This document shows, one piece after another, positions 60,059 through 64,000 of a stretch of DNA of 64,000 nt. The stretch's first letter is position 1. Each line of letters starts with the position of its first letter. The position numbers were made by a program, and so were the translations under genes. The notes under the pieces were generated by a model. The model ran no database searches. It was not told the DNA's origin and saw only the letters and a list, made by a program, of their open reading frames with translations. Source of the stretch: an uncultured beta proteobacterium (GTDB lineage: Bacteria; Pseudomonadota; Gammaproteobacteria; Burkholderiales; SG8-41); the NCBI GenBank assembly GCA_903889565.1, contig CAISYC010000027.1, positions 864 through 64,863 on the forward strand. The letters are read 5' to 3'.

Positions 60059-60073
60059 GCACAAAACATGCCA
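60059..60073 (-). promoter_or_regulatory. Putative sigma54 (-24/-12) promoter
   Basis: TGGCATGTTTTGTGC (GG-N10-GC), about 40 bp upstream of the 60020 start. Confidence 0.55.
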
Positions 60074-60252
60074 CGCATTTTCAAAAACGACCCGCAGTCC
60101 GCCCGGGTTGACGTTCACCACGCGCACGCTGGTAAAAATGGTAACGGCCCCGACGGAGTCAAACTTGAGATGCACCTGACAATTCGTCATTTGTGTCGCA
60201 CGAAACACGGCGCCGGCAAAGCCATGCTGCGACCATTACAAGCGAGCAGCAC

Positions 60253-61581
60253 TTGACACACGACGCTGCCAATCAAGATTTGCTTGCACGCAGTACGCGC
60301 GCCGTGTGGCATCCATGCACCCAGATGAAGCAACACGAGATGCTGCCGCTGTTGCCGATCGCGCGCGGCAGCGGCGCCTGGCTCTACGATTTCGAAGGCA
60401 GACGCTATCTCGATGCGATCAGTTCGTGGTGGGTCAATCTGTTCGGTCATGCCAATCCGCGCATCAATGCGGCGCTCCATGAACAGATCGAAACACTGGA
60501 ACACGTAATTCTTGCCGGCTGTACGCATGCGCCGGTGGTCGAACTCTCGGAGCGGCTCTCCGCGCTGACCGCCGGCAAGCTCGGCCATTGTTTCTACGGC
60601 AGCGACGGCGCCTCGGCGGTTGAAATCGCGCTGAAGATGAGCTTTCACTACTGGCGCAACAACGGTCGTCATGAAAAAAGCGGATTCGTCAGCCTTGCCG
60701 GCAGCTATCATGGTGAAACCCTTGGCGCGTTGTCGGTGACCGACGTCGCGTTGTTCAAGGACACCTATGCGGCGCTGTTGCGCCAAAGCGCGCAGGTGGC
60801 AAGCCCCGATTGGCGGCTTGCCGGGGCGGGCGAGACCCCGCGTGAATTTGCCATCCGCTGCGCGCGCGCGCTGGAAGCGCATCTTGAACAACATCATGAC
60901 AAGACCGCGGCATTGATCGTCGAGCCGCTGATACAGGGCGCCACCGGCATGGCGATGTACGACGCCGAGTATCTGCGCCGCGCCCGCGCGCTGTGCGATC
61001 GCTACGAGGTGCATCTGATCGCCGATGAAATCATGACCGGCTTCGGCCGCAGCGGCACATTTTTCGCGCACGAACAGGCCGCCATCGTGCCGGATTTTCT
61101 GTGCCTGTCGAAAGGCATCACCGGCGGCTACCTGCCGCTGGCGGCGGTACTGGCCTCGGATACGATCTATCAGGCGTTTTACGACGACGCAACCGCGCGC
61201 GGCTTTCTGCATTCGCATTCCTATACCGGCAATGCGCTGGCCTGCCGCGCGGCGCTGGCGACGCTCGACATCTTTGCCGCCGATGATGTGATCGCAGCCA
61301 ACCGCGCCAAGCGGGCGGCGTTGACATTGGCTGCGGCGCCGATTGCCGCCCACCCCAGGGTCCGCAATTTTCGCAATACCGGCATGATCTGGGCCTTTGA
61401 AATCGACAGCGACGATGACAGATTCGCACGACGATTTCATCAGGCGGCGCTTGGCCGCGGTTTGCTGTTGCGGCCGATCGGCAACACGGTCTATTTCATG
61501 CCGCCTTACATTATCGACGACGAGCAGATCGAATGGCTGATCGCCGGCACGCTGGCGACGATCGCGGAATCGACGGCGTGA
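60253..61581 (+). CDS. bioA: Adenosylmethionine-8-amino-7-oxononanoate aminotransferase
   Basis: VWHPCTQMK, DAISSWWVN, YHGET, DEIMTGFGRSG, SKGITGG, HSHSYTGN. Confidence 0.93.
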   Translation: MTHDAANQDLLARSTRAVWHPCTQMKQHEMLPLLPIARGSGAWLYDFEGRRYLDAISSWWVNLFGHANPRINAALHEQIETLEHVILAGCTHAPVVELSERLSALTAGKLGHCFYGSDGASAVEIALKMSFHYWRNNGRHEKSGFVSLAGSYHGETLGALSVTDVALFKDTYAALLRQSAQVASPDWRLAGAGETPREFAIRCARALEAHLEQHHDKTAALIVEPLIQGATGMAMYDAEYLRRARALCDRYEVHLIADEIMTGFGRSGTFFAHEQAAIVPDFLCLSKGITGGYLPLAAVLASDTIYQAFYDDATARGFLHSHSYTGNALACRAALATLDIFAADDVIAANRAKRAALTLAAAPIAAHPRVRNFRNTGMIWAFEIDSDDDRFARRFHQAALGRGLLLRPIGNTVYFMPPYIIDDEQIEWLIAGTLATIAESTA

Positions 61582-61594
61582 TGAAAGCGCGACA

Positions 61595-63004
61595 ATGAAA
61601 CTGACGTTTCTCGGCGCGACCGGCGAAGTCACCGGCTCCTGCTTTCTGGTGGAATCGGCAGGCGCGCGATTCATCGTCGATTGCGGCATGTTTCAGGGCG
61701 GGCGCGAAGCCGATGCCAAAAACCGCGCCGAATTCGCCTTCGATCCGCGCGCGCTCGATTTCGTATTGCTGACCCACGCGCATATCGATCACTCGGGCCT
61801 GTTGCCGCGACTGTGCACACGGGGATTTCACGGCAAAATTTACACGACGGCTGCCACCATCGACCTGCTTGAGGTGATGTTGCTCGATTCGGCGCATATC
61901 CAGGAAAAGGAACTGGGGTGGCGGCAGCGCGCGAGATCCAGATCCGCGCACCGCCGCGATACAGACAGCCACGCCGCGCCGCTCTACAGCGTGGCGCAGG
62001 CGCAAGCCTGCCTCGGCCACATGCATGCGGTGGCCTACGACACGGAAATTCAACCGCAGCCGGGTGTGCGTTGCCGCTTTCGCGATGCCGGCCACATTCT
62101 GGGCGCCGCCATCATTGAAACCTGGATTGAGGAGCAGGGTCGATCGAGCAAGATCGTGTTTTCGGGCGACATCGGGCATGCCGGCAAACCGATCGTGCGC
62201 GAAGTCACTCCGATTGAAGAAGCAGATGTGGTGTTGATTGAATCGACCTATGGCGATCGCCTGCACAAGGGGATTGACGAAACGCTGATCGAACTGGAAA
62301 CAGCGCTCAACGAGACGCTGGGGCGGCGCCAAGGCAATGTGATCGTGCCGGCATTTGCGGTGGGGCGCACGCAGGATCTGCTCTACCTGTTATGCGATTT
62401 ATACCGTCGCAAGCGGCTGCCGCCGCTGACCATTTACGTCGATTCGCCGATGGCGTTGAAGGCGACCGAAATCACCCTCAAACACGCCGAGTTGCTCGAC
62501 GCCGAGACCCGCGCGATGTTTGACTGGTTGCGCCAACAACGCGATCGGCCGCAAATCAATTTCGTGCACGACGTCGAGGCATCGATCGCTCTCGCCGAAA
62601 TCAAGAGCGGGGCGGTCATCATTTCCGCGAGCGGCATGTGCAACGCCGGGCGCGTCAAACGCCACCTCGCAAACAATCTCGGACGCAGCGAATGCGCCGT
62701 GCTGTTCACGGGATTCCAGGCCATCGGCACGCTCGGCCGCAGCATTGTCGATGGCGCAAGATCGGTACGCATTTACGGCGAAGACGTGCCGGTGCGCGCG
62801 ACGATTCATACGATCGGCGGCCTGTCCGCGCACGCCGATCAGGCTGAACTACTGGGCTGGCTGCGGCATTTCCGCGCGCCGCCGCGCCAAACCTATGTAG
62901 TACACGGCGAGGCCGCCGCGGCGACCACCTTTTGCACGGCAATACAGCGCGACCTCGGCTGGCCGGCGAAGGTGCCGCAAGCGCATGCCAGCGTCGAGGT
63001 TTGA
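61595..63004 (+). CDS. MBL-fold beta-CASP RNA-processing nuclease
   Basis: THAHIDHSG, AGHILG, ESTYGDR, SAHAD, VHGE. Confidence 0.9.
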   Translation: MKLTFLGATGEVTGSCFLVESAGARFIVDCGMFQGGREADAKNRAEFAFDPRALDFVLLTHAHIDHSGLLPRLCTRGFHGKIYTTAATIDLLEVMLLDSAHIQEKELGWRQRARSRSAHRRDTDSHAAPLYSVAQAQACLGHMHAVAYDTEIQPQPGVRCRFRDAGHILGAAIIETWIEEQGRSSKIVFSGDIGHAGKPIVREVTPIEEADVVLIESTYGDRLHKGIDETLIELETALNETLGRRQGNVIVPAFAVGRTQDLLYLLCDLYRRKRLPPLTIYVDSPMALKATEITLKHAELLDAETRAMFDWLRQQRDRPQINFVHDVEASIALAEIKSGAVIISASGMCNAGRVKRHLANNLGRSECAVLFTGFQAIGTLGRSIVDGARSVRIYGEDVPVRATIHTIGGLSAHADQAELLGWLRHFRAPPRQTYVVHGEAAAATTFCTAIQRDLGWPAKVPQAHASVEV

Positions 63005-63005
63005 T

Positions 63006-64000
63006 ATGCGAATGTTATGGCTGATTGCCCTGCTCTGCGCCGCCACGGCGCCGGCGCAGGAACGCGCCGGAAAGCTGCCGCCGCCGGTTGGTCAAGCGCT
63101 CACGCAGGCCGGCATACCGGAATCGGCAGTCGGCATTTATGTGCAGGAGTCGGGCGCCGATCAACCGCTGCTGGCGATCGGCGAAGACCGTGCACTGAAC
63201 CCGGCCTCGACGATGAAACTGCTGACCACGTTCGCGGCGCTCGATCAACTCGGTCCCGGTTATCGATGGACGACGGAGGCCTATGCCTCGGCGCCGCTGC
63301 AGGGCGACAGCCTGACGGGTGATCTGATTTTGCGCGGCGCCGGGGATCCGCGGCTAACGCTCGAAAATTTCTGGCTGCTGTTGCGCGATCTGCGCGCGCG
63401 CGGCCTGCGCGAGATTCGCGGCGATCTGGTGCTCGACCGCAGCCTGTTCGTCGGCGTCGAGCCGATCGATCCGGCAAGCTTCGATAACGAACCGACGCGC
63501 CCGTACAACACGCCGCCCGACGCCCTGCTGGTCAATTTCAAGTCCTTCCGTCTGGTTTTCATGGTCGATGCGGAGCACGGCACGGTGCGCATCGCGGCGG
63601 AACCGTCGTTACCGGAAATCGAAATCGTCAACAACGTCGTGCTCGACCGCCAGCCCTGCGGCGACTGGGTTGCCCGCCTCAAGGTCGTTGCCGTAGGCGA
63701 CGCCGCACAGGCGAAACTCAGCGTCGGCGGCAGCTACGCGCTCGAATGCGGCGAGCAGGAGCGGCATTTCAGCCTGCTCGGCCATGCGCAGTTCGTGCAT
63801 GCGGTTTTCAAGCAGTTGTGGCGCGAACTGGGCGGCAGTTTCGGCGGCGGCGTTCGTGACGGCACTGTCGGCGCCGATGCGCGGAAATTGCTGGCGTTCG
63901 AATCGGCACCGCTGCTCGACAGCGTGCGCGACGTCAACAAATTCAGCAACAACGTGATGGCGCGCCAGCTTTACCTTGCGCTGGGTGTCAATGCGTTCGG
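63006..64000 (+). CDS. dacB: D-Ala-D-Ala carboxypeptidase/endopeptidase PBP4 (partial, runs off the window)
   Basis: Signal peptide MRMLWLIALLCAA; NPASTMKL (SxxK), GAGDP, NKFSNNVMA (SxN). Confidence 0.88.
   Translation, partial: MRMLWLIALLCAATAPAQERAGKLPPPVGQALTQAGIPESAVGIYVQESGADQPLLAIGEDRALNPASTMKLLTTFAALDQLGPGYRWTTEAYASAPLQGDSLTGDLILRGAGDPRLTLENFWLLLRDLRARGLREIRGDLVLDRSLFVGVEPIDPASFDNEPTRPYNTPPDALLVNFKSFRLVFMVDAEHGTVRIAAEPSLPEIEIVNNVVLDRQPCGDWVARLKVVAVGDAAQAKLSVGGSYALECGEQERHFSLLGHAQFVHAVFKQLWRELGGSFGGGVRDGTVGADARKLLAFESAPLLDSVRDVNKFSNNVMARQLYLALGVNAF

Noticed and set aside
59921-60208. 95-aa minus-strand ORF between the hypothetical gene and bioA
   Set aside because: No RBS or motif; it overlaps the divergent promoter region and the 5' end of the better-supported gene.

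Overview
A 64-kb, high-GC bacterial chromosome window, most likely betaproteobacterial (nine Bug/TctC solute-binding paralogs, CIRCE plus sigma32-type control of groESL, tRNA-Phe, bioA, dacB). It is mostly accessory catabolism: two xanthine-oxidase-family molybdoenzymes, CoA-dependent enzymes, a GMC oxidoreductase, hydrolases and an opine-dehydrogenase/M24/enolase cluster. It also carries a multi-PAS hybrid kinase with a REC-EAL partner, toxin-antitoxin loci (intact higBA and hipBA, an orphan HVO_A0114-type antitoxin with a toxin stub), two pseudogenes, and many intergenic REP-like palindromes. Most notable are three tandem class I SAM-dependent methyltransferase paralogs that each carry an export signal peptide, and a 2.2-kb integrase-less mini-island at tRNA-Phe holding only hipBA plus a relic tmRNA-type att site. 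MOSC-rubredoxin and tautomerase-VOC fusions also stand out. All calls come from motif recognition by eye; no database searches were run, and start codons are best guesses.
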